Source of the DNA: Ramazzottius varieornatus
Lineage: Eukaryota > Animalia > Tardigrada
DNA length: 64,000 bases
Assembly: GCA_001949185.1 (NCBI GenBank)
Contig: BDGG01000013.1
Span: forward strand, 1,595,471 to 1,659,470
Reading direction: 5' to 3'
Shown here: positions 52,260-64,000 of the stretch, piece by piece
Numbering within the stretch: position 1 is the first letter of the stretch
Layout: every line of letters starts with the position of its first letter
Notes under the pieces: model-generated
Database searches by the model: none
What the model was told of the DNA's origin: nothing
The model's input: the letters and a program-made list of their open reading frames with translations, nothing else
Position numbers and translations under genes: made by a program

Positions 52260-54996
52260 TTATTGACGGAAGCCCAAAGTGAGTTTTTTCGATAACAACG
52301 GACTTACTGGAGAAGGAGGCGGCAAAGGAGAAGGAGTGGCGAAGCGATGCGGCGACTGTCGAACCCGAGAAGTTGCCGTCGTCGCAGGAACATATGGCGC
52401 GGGGAAAGTGGCCGAATGACTCGGTGGAACGTTGGCGGGAATCTTCCGGTTGGTCGTTCCGGTCGGGCTTGACATCGTCCGATTGCGACTGCGCTCGTTG
52501 AATTCCCTGCAACAGGAAAATTATATTAAGGTCAAGGCTACCTGCACGGCCTGCCACTGCCTTTTATCCGTGCACTGCCCGCGACACTCCCTTTTACTAG
52601 GTGCACTGCTTTGTACACTTCTTTTTGGCCAGGTGCACGGTGTGGATACGACCTTCAAAATATACTGATAGTTGACGGCGCACGAAAGCAGGTATTCTTT
52701 ACGGAGTAGAATTTGCCATGTGGAGAGTGGTAGCTTAACAGCAAGAGTATACCGAGACAAGTATTGGAGCAGGTCACTACGACTTAGGTTTTGTGTAGTG
52801 GTCTTCTTCGTGTGAAATACGGCGAACCCGAAGTATCATAAGTTCAAAAGACAGTTAAGTTACCGCGGCACTTCACTTCCGGGTGCTGAAAAGTGTGTCG
52901 TCTTTTGCACTACGCATATTTATATTCCGTTAAAGATGCCTGCTTTCGTGCGCCGACAACGATGACTATGTTTCGAAAGTCGTATCCAGGCCGTGCACCT
53001 AGCCAAAAAGCAGTGTAAAAAGCAGTGCACCTTGTAAAAGGGAGTGTCGCAGGTAGTGCACGGAGAAAAGGCAGTGGCAGGCCGAGTCACTATGTTGTAT
53101 TAATGAGTAAAGCTAGTGCAATGATACCAAATACCGTTCAGTGTCGATTTCCAGGCTGGATTCCGATTCGGACAAGTTTCGGCAGATCTCTTCGCGTCGT
53201 TCGGCTTCCTGGGCCAGTCTTCGTCGCAGTCGTGTGTTTTCTTCCTTCATGTGCTTTTCCTCCATCATCAGAATTTTCATCTTTTCCTCGTGGTCTCTTT
53301 CGGCAGAGTCCAGCAGGTACTTCATCTTTTCTACTTCCGATTTCCAATGTTCAACTTGGCGCTTTTCGTTACTGTCGGGCTCCACCACCGCTCCGGCCTG
53401 CTGCAGATCTGGCTGACTAGATGAAAGGTCCATGGCGGTCTTCTGACCAGCTGAGTTCTCCAGGCGGTGCTGCAAATTCCTGAAAAAGTTCCAAAATCGT
53501 CAAAGCGATTTATTGGCAATTTTACCGCTCGGCAAACCAACACCACAAGATCATTTTCCCAAGTAGCGTACTTTTCCATTCAATAAAACATGAAAAGTGC
53601 GCCACTTGGGGAAAAATCTTGTCGAGTTTCTTCGCCAAGTTTTCTGCCATCAGTTTCAATCTACTGATTCTTGTTATTGTTCCGCGCGATACATCCAGTA
53701 TGAAATTCAATGGTTAGATCGGAAAGATCACACTCACCGTTTCTCGGCTTCGAGTTTGTTCATGCGAATCCACAGCTTGTTCACCAAGCCTTCCTGTTCT
53801 TGCTCCAGGGAGTTTTCCAACTCGCCTTTCTCTCGTCGCAGCTGCAAAAGATGAAAATTAACCAAGTCTTAGCAAGGTGGCAAAGGAACAAAGCTAGAAC
53901 CATCGAGTACCGTTTCCAGTGAGTGTTGCTTGTTTTGGATGTCTTGTTCGAGCTTGACGACTTTGCGATTGAGCTTGTTAACCAAGCCTTCCTGCTCACG
54001 CTCAAGGGTCGATTCTAATTCCACCTTCTCACGTTGCAACTGTAAATTAGTACAACCATGTAACCCACATCAGAGCATCATTGAGCTTCAAACAAGAGAT
54101 AAAAGGCAACGGAGGTAGCCTTTGGGGCGTAATGATGTCATTTTTGGATCAAGGTCACCTTTAGCAGCTTTCGGGAAAGATCATTCGTCAGACATTCCTC
54201 TTCCTGCTCGTAGTTCTGCGCCAAAGTCTCCTTTTCCTGCTTCAACACCTGGATCTTCTTCATCAAAGTGTTACTGATGTATTCTTCTTCTTGCTCGGCT
54301 TTGGCTTGCTGTAACAGAAAAATACCTGAGTTAAGAACAGCCGAAAAGGAAAGTATTCCAACAAAATAAAATGCGAGTATGCAGATGGCTGATGGTTGAA
54401 CCCAATGGAGACCAACGTCACGCGTCACGCACATTGTTTGACACCAACGTAAATTAAATTGCTTGTGCGTAACTACGCCATCCGAGACGCCAACCTGAAT
54501 ACTAAACTGGCTTCATGGCGAACCTTATCGATACAACTCTCGGGAAAAATCTCTGGCACACCGGCTCTGAATTTCGATAAGGATAACCTACGATCATGAC
54601 AGACTGCTGTCGGAGAGATTTATTTTCATCCTGGAGCGCCTTTATGCGATGCTTTTGCGTGTCCAGTTCCATCTTCAAGACGCGATTCTCTTGCTGAAGC
54701 CGTTCGATCAGACGCTGCGTCTGTTCGCGCGACGAAGACATCAAGCCGGCTGCTGGTCCCAGAGTAACCTGTAGTCCGCCGCTGTGATCGGGTGCGGTTG
54801 GAGGAGGGAAAGTACGGTAGAGAATGGGAGTAGTAGCGCCTGACATGGATCCGTCCAGGGACGAGGTGTCACTCCATTCCGATGCAGAGTCCAGCTCGAA
54901 ATTGCTTGTGCTCATGGCTGTCGACATCTGGCTACCGTTCATACTGTTCAGACTAGTCATGCTGGCACTATTTCCGTTAGCTGTCGGATCGACCAT
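52260..54996 (-). CDS. CCDC6: Coiled-coil domain-containing protein 6
   Basis: [64 protein letters not shown]. Confidence 0.92.
52547..53084. mobile_element. Foldback element filling the last CCDC6 intron
   Basis: Imperfect inverted arms over 160 bp: CGGCCTGCCACTGCCTTTT... / ...AAAAGGCAGTGGCAGGCCG, with recurring GTGCAC. Confidence 0.8.
53560..53608. repeat. Intronic N25 palindrome (CCDC6 intron)
   Basis: CAAGTAGCGTAC-25 nt-GTGCGCCACTTG, outer ACAAGAT...ATCTTGT. Confidence 0.8.
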
Positions 54997-55364
54997 CCTG
55001 CAAGAAAATCGTCTTACGGAACGGACAAAGAAACGAAAACGTCAGCAATATCTCGTACTGAAGTCAAGTTAGTAAGTATAGCAGTGACCGCATACGTTCA
55101 AACAATCAAGCGACAACAGAGATCAAGGAAATGACCAACCTGGCGTCCTAGTGTAAGCGAAGGCAGCTGCTTCTGTCTTTAAACCAGCCGCCGATTCCGA
55201 TAGATCAAGAACGCTTTGGATGCTTATCTCCGCATCCCGAGGTCCAACATCCGCCACAGCTGCTGGGATAAGAAGAAGAAGGATGATGCACGCTTGCACA
55301 GAAAAAGGGATAACTTTTCCAAAATCCAAATTTGAAATTTCCAGGCCCGGATGGAAATACTGTA

Positions 55365-55561
55365 CACGCAAGACAAGAAATTATGGTACAGTAAAAATTA
55401 TGGGACAGACGGAAAGGACGGCGAAATGGAAATTCGACCATAGAAAAGTGTCGAAAAATGTATTACTGTGAATCGGTTGCGTACGTACGTGCTCCAGTAC
55501 CGCTGTAGCGAAAAGGCCCGTACCATAATTTTTACTGTACCATAATTTCTTGTCCTGCGTG
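55365..55561. mobile_element. MITE family A, copy 4
   Basis: TA-CACGCAAGACAAGAAATTATGGTACAG ... CTGTACCATAATTTCTTGTCCTGCGTG-TA; reverse orientation relative to 6629. Confidence 0.85.
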
Positions 55562-55904
55562 TACCAGTAACCAGTCTATTAGTAGTTCCACGGGTCCACC
55601 AGTGCGGGGGTACCACTTGGCTGCGTTCGTGACGTTACGGACTGCCGGTTTTGACTCAGTGCTCCTGTTATTCTGGTGTGACGCCACGATACACGAGTGG
55701 GATTACTGAAGTGAACCGGTTTGGAGTTGCTGGCCGAGTGGAGGCAAAGAATCCAGCTGGAAATTTTCTTTTTTGCAAAGAACCTCTTTTACCCAGGGTG
55801 TGCATTTTTCGTGCGACGCTTAGATCTCTACCGGACTTCGTCCCCATTCTCTGTCCTGCAAAATTGTTGTGTTTGAAGGTTTATCTGGAGAAGAGCGATC
55901 CACC

Positions 55905-56571
55905 ATGGTAAGTGGGACGACTTGCTGCTTGAATTATGCCGTCGGGGTAACGTCGACTTGACGGAGACTGTCGGCTCCGACTTGTGTTGGATTACACAGA
56001 CATGAATTGTTTTGTTTTGTCTTATAGGCTTCTCAAATGCAAGGGGGTGATGTTAAAGAAGGAAAGGAAGAACAGCAGCCCGGAGGGGCCGTCCGGAAGA
56101 TCCGTATTACACTGACTTCAACGAACGTGGAAGCACTGGAAAAAGGTCCGTTTACAGCGATGGTCCGAAATCCTGTCCGACTCGGTCCGGTTCATCTGTG
56201 GGAGAAACATGCTAAGATTCGGCCCGAGTCGGCGCTGTGCTTGTTGTAGATGGCTGTAGTTTGTACTTTGTATATTATCACGAGTGCTGTAGTACTACCA
56301 GTTCTTGCGTCTGTTTGCAGTCTGCGCTGAATTCGTCCAGAAATCCAAGGAAAGGAAAGTACGGGTGAAAGGACCAGTCCGCATTCCCACCAAAATCCTC
56401 CGAATCACCACAAGGAAAACTCCATGCGGTGAGGGTTCCAAGACATGGGATCGTTTCCAGATGCGCATCCACAAGCGAGTAGTCGATCTTTTCAGTGTCC
56501 CTGAGACTGTCAAGCAGATTACTAGCATCTCTATTGAACCTGGTGTCGAGGTCGAAGTCTCCATCGAGTAA
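55905..56571 (+). CDS. RPS20: 40S ribosomal protein S20 (uS10)
   Basis: ATG-only first coding exon (ATG|gtaagt); [54 protein letters not shown]. Confidence 0.97.
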
Positions 56572-56802
56572 ACGGACATGCTGACGATCGATTCTGATTT
56601 TACGCGTTCACTGTTATCGCTGTAGAATTTCTCGTGGTCGGTGAAATCAACACTGTTTCTCACGCTGTTTCGTTTGATTGATCACCGTAGAAAAACTGCA
56701 GTAAAATGAGAACACGAATATTCTCCCGTAAGAACTGGAACAAAAATGTATAAAACGAGAACGACAATATCTCATCTGAGATATCGGTGAAGGAAAAAGG
56801 AA

Positions 56803-59800
56803 TTATTTCTTTAGACTTTGGCGCATGGAAGCAGCGAAGACGTTGAACGCATCGCGACGCATCCGGGCGTTTTCCTTCCCGGAATCTTTCTTTTCCTTGT
56901 CCTGATCGGCTTTCCTCTTCAAGGGACTGACTTCTTTAGAATTCTTGCCATCGGATGCCAGAACACAAACTTGTGTGATGTTGTTGGTTTTGAAGATACC
57001 GATGTGGCGAGAAGCTTGTTGGTACATGTTGGGTCGTAGACTGACGATCAGAAACTGTGCGTCCAAAGCTCTTTCCTACAAAAAGAACCATGACGTTTGT
57101 AATGCATTTGGACATTCTAAATATAATTCGTTTAGAGCCACTAACCAGAGAACGAAGGAGGATATTTGAAACCGGCGCATGGCAAGCAAACTCGACTAGG
57201 CTGTTTCGCAAGTGGCGCATGTTTCCAGTGTAATCAGCCGACAGCGTGCGCCAATTCGAAAGCTGGACAGCATCGCTTTTCCAATGGCGCACGTTTCCGG
57301 CCTTACTGGCTGAACGAGTGCGCCACTTGTCAAAAACGGCCCTGTTCGTTGACTTCGATCTATTTGACGAGTCGAAATGTTACCTTGACGTAAGTTCCGA
57401 CAATAGCAACGTTTCGGTAATCCAACGCCGCGTCGATTTCATCCATGATGTAAAACGGCGTTGGTTTGTAGTGATGCAGCGCGAAAATCAGCGACAGAGA
57501 ACTCAGCGTCTTCTCCCCACCCGACAGATTATTGATACTTTTCCAGCTCTTGTTCGGTGGTCTCACGCTGAACTCTATTCCATCCCCGAAGATGTTCAGG
57601 TTATTCACCGGCACCAACTCGGCATCTCCCCCCAGCGTCAACTGCCTATAGGTCTCCTTCAGCTTTTTCTGTATGACATCAAAGGACGCTGTGAACTCTG
57701 CTGTTCTCTGCTCGGTCATTTTCTTCTGCATGGCCGCCAGAGCTTGCACTTTCCCCTTCAACGTCCTATACCCTTCTAGATGCTCATCAAACTTCTTCTT
57801 AGCTACCACAAACTCTTCTAAAATCCCTAAGTTAGGTGATGTGGTTCTCTCCACTATGTTACGGACATTCTTCAGGTCTTCTTTGACTTTGTTGAAGTCC
57901 ACTTGGGTGGCTTCTTCGGCGGAAAGGTCGGTGAAGTCGACAGGTTGAGCGAATGGACGCTTGTCAGACGTCTCTTTGATCCCTTCGAGGCGTGGCTCGT
58001 TCTCGGTAACCTTGGCGGTGGTGGAAGTGATGGTATCGGTGAAGGTCTCAATGTCTTTCGTGACTTTGGTGATGTGCGCTTGAGCGGTCTCCATCTCGGT
58101 TTCGGCCTTGTCGAGTTCGACTTGCATTCGAGCTAGGCTAGCTTCTCCATCTTTCAAGTCTTCTTTGCTTTTCGAAACTGCGGCAGCTGAAGCGGTAATC
58201 CTGGTCTTGATTTCGTCACGGGCTTTGTTAAGATCGGCTATCTTCCCATTGGTTTCTTCGACTTGTTCCTGTTGGTACACGAATAACTTTAGCAATTTCA
58301 CCAGCACGCGAAGTGGCGCTCGTCTTCAATGATATTGCCTGGAAGCATGCGTCACTTACGATAAAAGCCAAACTCGACCAAAGTTTTCCAAATGGCGCGC
58401 CCCTATGGCCAATATCACAGAAGAGGTGCGCCACTTCAAAAAAACAATTCTGCCAGATTTCTCTGCCGAGCTCCCACACGTAATAATATAATAAAAAATG
58501 TCAACGGATGATATATCTAATGGTTAAATCGTACTATTGATAGACCGGAAGTGGAAATGGAGAAACACAATAGCTAGAACGTCGTACCTGCTTGTGGGTT
58601 ATTTGAGTGTTCTTGGTGGTAAGCCCCACTTCCGCCTCCTGGAGAATCGCTGCTATGGCCGTCAGTTCGGTCTGGGCATTCGACAATTTCTTCTTCAGCT
58701 TCTGCAGTTCCTTCTCGGACTTTCTGACTTTTTCTCCGCGAACATTCCAAATGTTCTTGTCGACGTCGGTGATTTCCGCATCCACTGCATCGACACGAGC
58801 AGTGATCTCCCCCAGGACCTTAGTCAATTTCTGACACCTACAAACGGGCGGAATAAACAACGGCGTTACTTTCAAGGACGAGACAGTAATAAAACGGCCG
58901 AGCATTTACTCGGCTTGAATATTCTGTTCCTCGAGTGAGCTGGTCTGACAAGCCTGCAGTCGCTGTTCGGCCTTTGCCAGCTCGGCCGGAAGTGAAGTGA
59001 CTGCCGCCGAAGAAGTCTGGATCGTTCTGGTAGCTTCACGGATACGAGCCGTCAAACCTTCAAGCCAAAAACAAGTGTGACTCTTCGGAAAGGCACAATG
59101 TCAGATGAAAATCTGACCAAAAATGGTGAAATGACATACCCTCGCGCTCTCGCTCTAAATCGGGGAGACGTACACGGATCTCGTTCAGGTCTCGACCGAG
59201 CTGGTTAATCTCAGCGCTCAACTGCCGACACTCCTCCTCCAACGAAGTGAGCTCGGCTTGAGAAGCTAGCGTTGTTCCTTGTGGAGTCCAAGAAAGAACT
59301 TGTTGGCCGATACGAATGGGGATACTACTGCTGTCTCCACCACCGGCCATTGCACCTGGAAGTCAAGATTCGCCAGTCAGCTCAGCTGGAAGATCGGCAA
59401 ACAGCCCCGACCAGATCCATTTCCCAAGTGGCGCACGCTGCCAGCCAGACACACTAGCGACGTGCGTCACTTAATAAAACGATCTGGTCAAGTTCGTTCG
59501 CCAAATTTACAGTTGCCCTTGACTTTAGATATACAAGTACTTTCTTACCGCTAGGATCGATGATTTGGCCGCCGAGCGTAGCCACTTTGTACCGCGAACC
59601 AGGAGGTGCGATCTCTAGCGCCTTGTCCAGGTTGTCAGCTACAAGGCAGTCCCTCAGCGCGTAATAGAACAGCGGCTTGACTGTAGGATCCTCCAGCTTG
59701 ATCATATCGAACAAGCGAGGTGCAGGGAAGTTCTGTTGAGCGTTCATGTTGCGGACCACCCAGTCCAGCCTGCCCGTCTTCTCCAACACAAGGAAGCTGC

Positions 59801-62759
59801 CTCGTCCAGCACTGGTCCGACGCAGATGCTCAACGCAGCGCTTACTCGTCTCAGCTGAATCCACGACGATGTGGTCCAGCAGACCTGAACCCACAGCTGA
59901 GATGGCGATCTCGTAGCGTTTGTCCACTGCACCGAGATCACCAAGTCTTCCCAAAATTCCTGGCGAACAAATTACAAAACACGTCACTAACGAGGGATTC
60001 CAAACCACGACCCTTCTCCAAATAACGCGCTGGTCAGCGCTTTACGCAACTGCGCCACTATACATCACATTACGACGACAGTTCTCAGGCACGGCCCTCT
60101 TCGCTCAACGTAGACTGTAAAACACGGCCCCGTCAGCATAAGGCAACGCCGTGCACAACCGGGAGTGATTGTGATCTGGGAACCTGATCTGACAAATTGA
60201 AGGCAACATTACCTGGAATAGTTCCGCTGCTTTTACACCGCATCATTTCTTGAACCACCGCGTTGGAGCTGTTGTTGTTCGACTTGTCCACTTGAGCGTC
60301 CTTCAGCGCGTTCAGCCGGGCGTTCTTCTGCCGCAACGAAGCTTCTTTCCCCCTCTTCTCCTCCGTCAAGCTTCTTTGGTTCCTCGTTTCCTTCTCGATG
60401 TCGGCTGTGACCATAATCACCCTCTCTTCATCTTCGGTCTTCTTCTGCGTACACCGAGACAGCGACAGCTGCGCCTGATTCAGCCTGTCTTTGATCCCCT
60501 TCACCCGGTTTTCGGCACCGATGGCGTCGCGTCGGAGACCGCTCAGCTGGACGTTTTTCATGTCGAGCTCAGACCTAGCAGCTTCTAGTTGAGCCACGAT
60601 GGGCGTCTTGGACTCTTCGAGACGCTTCTTGGTGGACTGGAGGGCTTTCGTGGAGGATGCCACTTCTTCCTGGGCGGCTTTGAAGGTCGCGGTGGCTTCA
60701 GCGATCTTTTCCTCGTGGTCGATCTTTTCTTGCTCAAGTTCAACTTTCCGGGCAGTGTCTCCAGTCTGCCTAGCTTCCAACTGTTCAATCTCGATTCTAA
60801 GAGTCGTAATTTCTTTCTCCAACCTCGTCAAAATCGTCCTGAATGTTGTCAAAATAACCATCAGCAAAACATCTGAACACCAAAAGTGTGAGCTCGGCAG
60901 ACAAACTCGACAGCTTGTTGTCCCAAGTGGCGCACGTTTCCAGTGTTACTAGGTGGAAGCGTGCGCCAATTCGGACCGATCTTGTCCAGTCTGTTTCCTA
61001 AATTACAAATGGCAATTACAGTGAAAAATGGTATGTGTATGTAGGTCTAAACTGTACAGTTTTTCCTGTAAAGCTGAAGAACCAACATTCACAGAACACC
61101 ATAAGTCAACTGTAAAGGTTTTCGTACTTTCGACTTTTCAGGTCGCCGTCGATTTTCATCTTCTCCGCTTCCAACGCCTTATTCTCATCGACATTCCGAT
61201 CGATGGCTTTGTTGATTTCTTGCAGCTGAATGAAGATGTTCTCCTTTCCCAATCGCCAGTTCTTCTCATGCTCCACCAACGCTCCCACTCTTTCTTGCTT
61301 CTCCTTCAATGTCTCTTTGGCTGCCTTCAGTTCTTCTTCCGTCTGCTTGATCGTCTTCCGCATCAGATGCAACCTAATCTGCAACAGCAGGTGCTGCAAA
61401 CGGTAGTATTCACCCTGTCTCTCCAAGAACTTCTCGGCTTTGAGCTTGTGGGCGAACATGGCCGTCAAGTCCGTCTTCAGACCGTGATGGACTGCATCAG
61501 ACTGTTCTAGCTCCGCGCTGAATTCGGAAAGGAGCTCGTCAGCCTTCTCTAACGGCTCTTTGTAGCGGTTGGTCTCGATTTCACCTTCGAGATATTCGAG
61601 CATACCTTTAAAAACAATCATGCAAAGTATACCTTAATATTTGGGAATCGGCAGATGATTCTCCCAGATCGTTATCTCAAGTGGCGCACATCTTCACTGT
61701 TACTGGCTGAGAACGCGCGCCACCTACAAAGACTATGATTTGCCGACGCCCCATTAATTTTGTACTGTCCCAATTTAAGACTCTATTCATCGCCCACTAG
61801 TTTGAAGATATCTGTGAAGTTTTTGTTGTTGTTGTAAAGATGGTTTACCTTCGCCCGAACCTGACTTGGAAGAAGGCTTCATCAGCGCCAGCGACTCGAC
61901 TTCGCCCTGCAGGATCAGGAAGCGGTTGTGGTTCAGGTCGATGCCGTGGTGTCGCAGCTTCTTCGTGATCTCCTCGTAGGAAGACTTCTGGTTGTTGAGA
62001 TAGTAATGCGAAACGTTGCTGCGGTTGATGGTTCGCGAGACGTCGAAGCCTTCAAACTTAACTCCGCTGTTCCTGCAGATATCACACAAAGATGACATGT
62101 CATACTTATTTATTAATATGGTATCATGATATTGTACCGTACGAATATCATGTCATATAACATTAAACCATATGAATCTAAGTACAGTACCAGTCGTTGT
62201 TTTCCTCGGAGTCTTCCTCGACGTTCTTCCTCAGCGTGAAATGAACGGTGACTTTGGTCGAGGTGCATCCCTCGTGCCCCTCAGAAGAGTGGATCAATTC
62301 GCGAAGGTTTCGAGTGCGTAGCTTGTTGGAGCGGAAGCCGAAGACGAAAAGCAGAGCGTCGATAGTGTTGGACTTTCCACAACCGTTCGGTCCGATGATA
62401 GCAGTGAATTTCTCGTCGAACGGTCCAAGGAATTTCTTACCTCCGTAACTCTTGAAGTTTTCGGTGGTTATAGCACGGATGAAAAGGTGAACTTGGTTCT
62501 TCCGTTGCTCTAGAGGAATGTAGGGACGGAAGTCAGGTAGCTCGATGCCAAAGTCGAAAGCGTCCATCGACTGCGGAGCACAGTTCTGGGAGTCCGCTTC
62601 CAGCTGACTGTGAAATTCTTGCTGGGCTGACCGGATAGGAGAGTTGTTGCTGGTGTCTGCAGGAGCTTCTTCGTCGGCTTCGTTGTTGGGTTCATCTGCG
62701 TTGATGGCTGGAGCATTTCTGGACAGGGGTGGGACAACTGCTCCGCTGACATCGTCCAT
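56803..62759 (-). CDS. SMC4: Condensin ATPase subunit SMC4
   Basis: NFKSYGG, Walker A GPNGCGKSN, NRFLILQGEVE, hinge GILGRLGDLGA..YEIAIS, LSGGEKTLSSL, KPTPFYIMDEIDAALD, QFLIVSLR. Confidence 0.93.
57209..57329. repeat. Two tandem intronic N25 palindromes (SMC4 last intron)
   Basis: Units at 57209 and 57281, each with a 25-nt spacer. Confidence 0.85.
58310..58437. repeat. Two tandem intronic N25 palindromes (SMC4 intron)
   Basis: Units at 58310 and 58389, each with a 25-nt spacer, apparently opposite spacer orientation. Confidence 0.8.
59425..59473. repeat. Intronic N25 palindrome (SMC4 intron)
   Basis: GACCAGATC..CAAGTGGCGCAC-25 nt-GTGCGTCACTTA..GATCTGGTC. Confidence 0.85.
60924..60972. repeat. 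Intronic N25 palindrome (SMC4 intron)
   Basis: CAAGTGGCGCAC-gtttccagtgttactaggtggaagc-GTGCGCCAATTC. Confidence 0.85.
61678..61726. repeat. Intronic N25 palindrome (SMC4 intron)
   Basis: GATCGTTATCTCAAGTGGCGCAC-25 nt-GCGCGCCACCTA. Confidence 0.85.
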
Positions 62760-62973
62760 CTCCACGTCGCCGTCCCCGTCTTCCAGGTCGACGTCCGACC
62801 TCCCCAGTAAATTTCACTTCACCTACCAACAACCTCCCAAACAAACAGTACCGACAGAAAAACGTCCACCTATTTTTCTGCACAAAGAGCAATCGTGTCG
62901 AGAAACTCGTACTTTCTCATATGAGATTAGACTAGAGCAGTCAGCAGATAGCAGGCACCGTCAATCAACGAAA

Positions 62974-63176
62974 TCCGAGCCTCAAAAAAGAGAATGTAAT
63001 CTCTTTATAACACATTTCAGGATTCATGAAACACATTTCAAGATTCCTTACATAGGTTTTAGGAATTCCAGAAAGCATTTCAGGAATTCTAAAAATTCCT
63101 ATAATATATTTCAGGATTTCTAAAACACATGCTGGGAATTTTACCGAGATTACATTCTCCTTTTTTGAGGCTCGGA
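62974..63176. mobile_element. MITE-like inverted-repeat element upstream of SMC4
   Basis: TCCGAGCCTCAAAAAAGAGAATGTAATCTC ... GAGATTACATTCTCCTTTTTTGAGGCTCGGA; AT-rich interior with CATTTCAGGA-like repeats. Confidence 0.75.
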
Positions 63177-64000
63177 GTTTGCTCGCATTATTTGCATCGC
63201 TCGCCGCCCATAGTAGGAGGCCGACAAGCAACGTCGCGATGATCGTTATCTCGAGTAGTGCTTTTCTTGTGATTTTCCTTCTCTAGACGGTTGCTCTACT
63301 TAAACAAGCTACCTTTTCCCCTGTGCAATAATTCCAGCAGCGAGACTGCGCATCGCAACCCGCAACGACTATTCATTTGAGAACGTCGCGTTACTTTGGT
63401 GAGTGGAGCTGACCTCTATTCGATTATTATTCGAATATTGACAAATAAATCATTTATCCGAGTGAATCTATTCATACCGGTAGACAAAAATTTTATCCGG
63501 ATGATACGGGGACGGACATAAGTTACATCCGGTTAACATTTTCAGCATGATCGTTTTCATGTTTGCAGAATACTACCGTCCTCTTTGTGAATACAGGAAT
63601 TTTATTGGCTGGTACCGTGTTACGGAGGCTGGTCCAACCAATAGGCAATTTTCGAAATTTCGTAATTCGGATAATTGGCAGGCCATGAACGCCAAATCTC
63701 AAGAGGGAGAACTGGTCGTCTTGATTTTCTTCTGACCGCACTGATGACTACAAAATTTATCCCAGGCTCGGCTTCGATAGATAAGACTGTCCCTAGTGCT
63801 TCAGCTTTGTTCTAAGCGAATACCGTGCACGTGTCTCGCGCGAAGAGACGAAACACCAAATTTCACCAAAACCACCCGAAACCGTAGAAAAAATTTCCAC
63901 CGTGCTGGGCTTTTGCTGACCGCTGGTCATTAGTGTTGCTTTGGTGAGAAGACCGAGGTACATGCAAACAAAATGACCCAGACCCGAAAGACCAAAAGCT

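Noticed and set aside
55908-56320. Intronic snoRNA in RPS20
   Set aside because: Only a short CCGACTCGG/CCGAGTCGG stem; no convincing C/D or H/ACA boxes
57209-58437. Repeat-spacer pattern read as a CRISPR array or integron attC sites
   Set aside because: Arms are inverted rather than direct, spacers are homologous to each other, copies are dispersed in spliceosomal introns, and there is no cas or integrase gene

Overview
Eukaryotic (animal) genomic DNA, gene-dense, with many short GT-AG introns and two 50-N assembly gaps. The compact architecture, roughly balanced GC and an invertebrate-type gustatory receptor suggest a small-genome ecdysozoan such as a tardigrade (inference only). The left half holds lineage-variable or defence-type genes: an S/T-rich secreted protein, a gustatory receptor, a zeta-crystallin quinone reductase, an ABCB1-type P-glycoprotein, a RING exon, PP2C, a secreted orphan, a Gly-rich prepropeptide, two decayed MATH-BTB copies and a Shisa-like protein. 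The right half is a housekeeping block: EEA1, a PRUNE2-like DHH-BCH protein, CAP, GRASP, a GFRP-like ORF, CCDC6, RPS20 and SMC4. Non-coding DNA contains several non-autonomous inverted-repeat (MITE/foldback) families. The two most notable observations are (1) twelve copies, all intronic, of a palindrome CAAGTGGCGCAC-N25-GTGCGCCACTTG whose spacer is always 25 nt despite sequence divergence, and (2) a 3-exon gene not captured by the ORF track that encodes a signal peptide, an RVKR site and a 42-aa glycine-zipper peptide resembling an antimicrobial peptide precursor. Exon boundaries were read by eye and are approximate unless stated.
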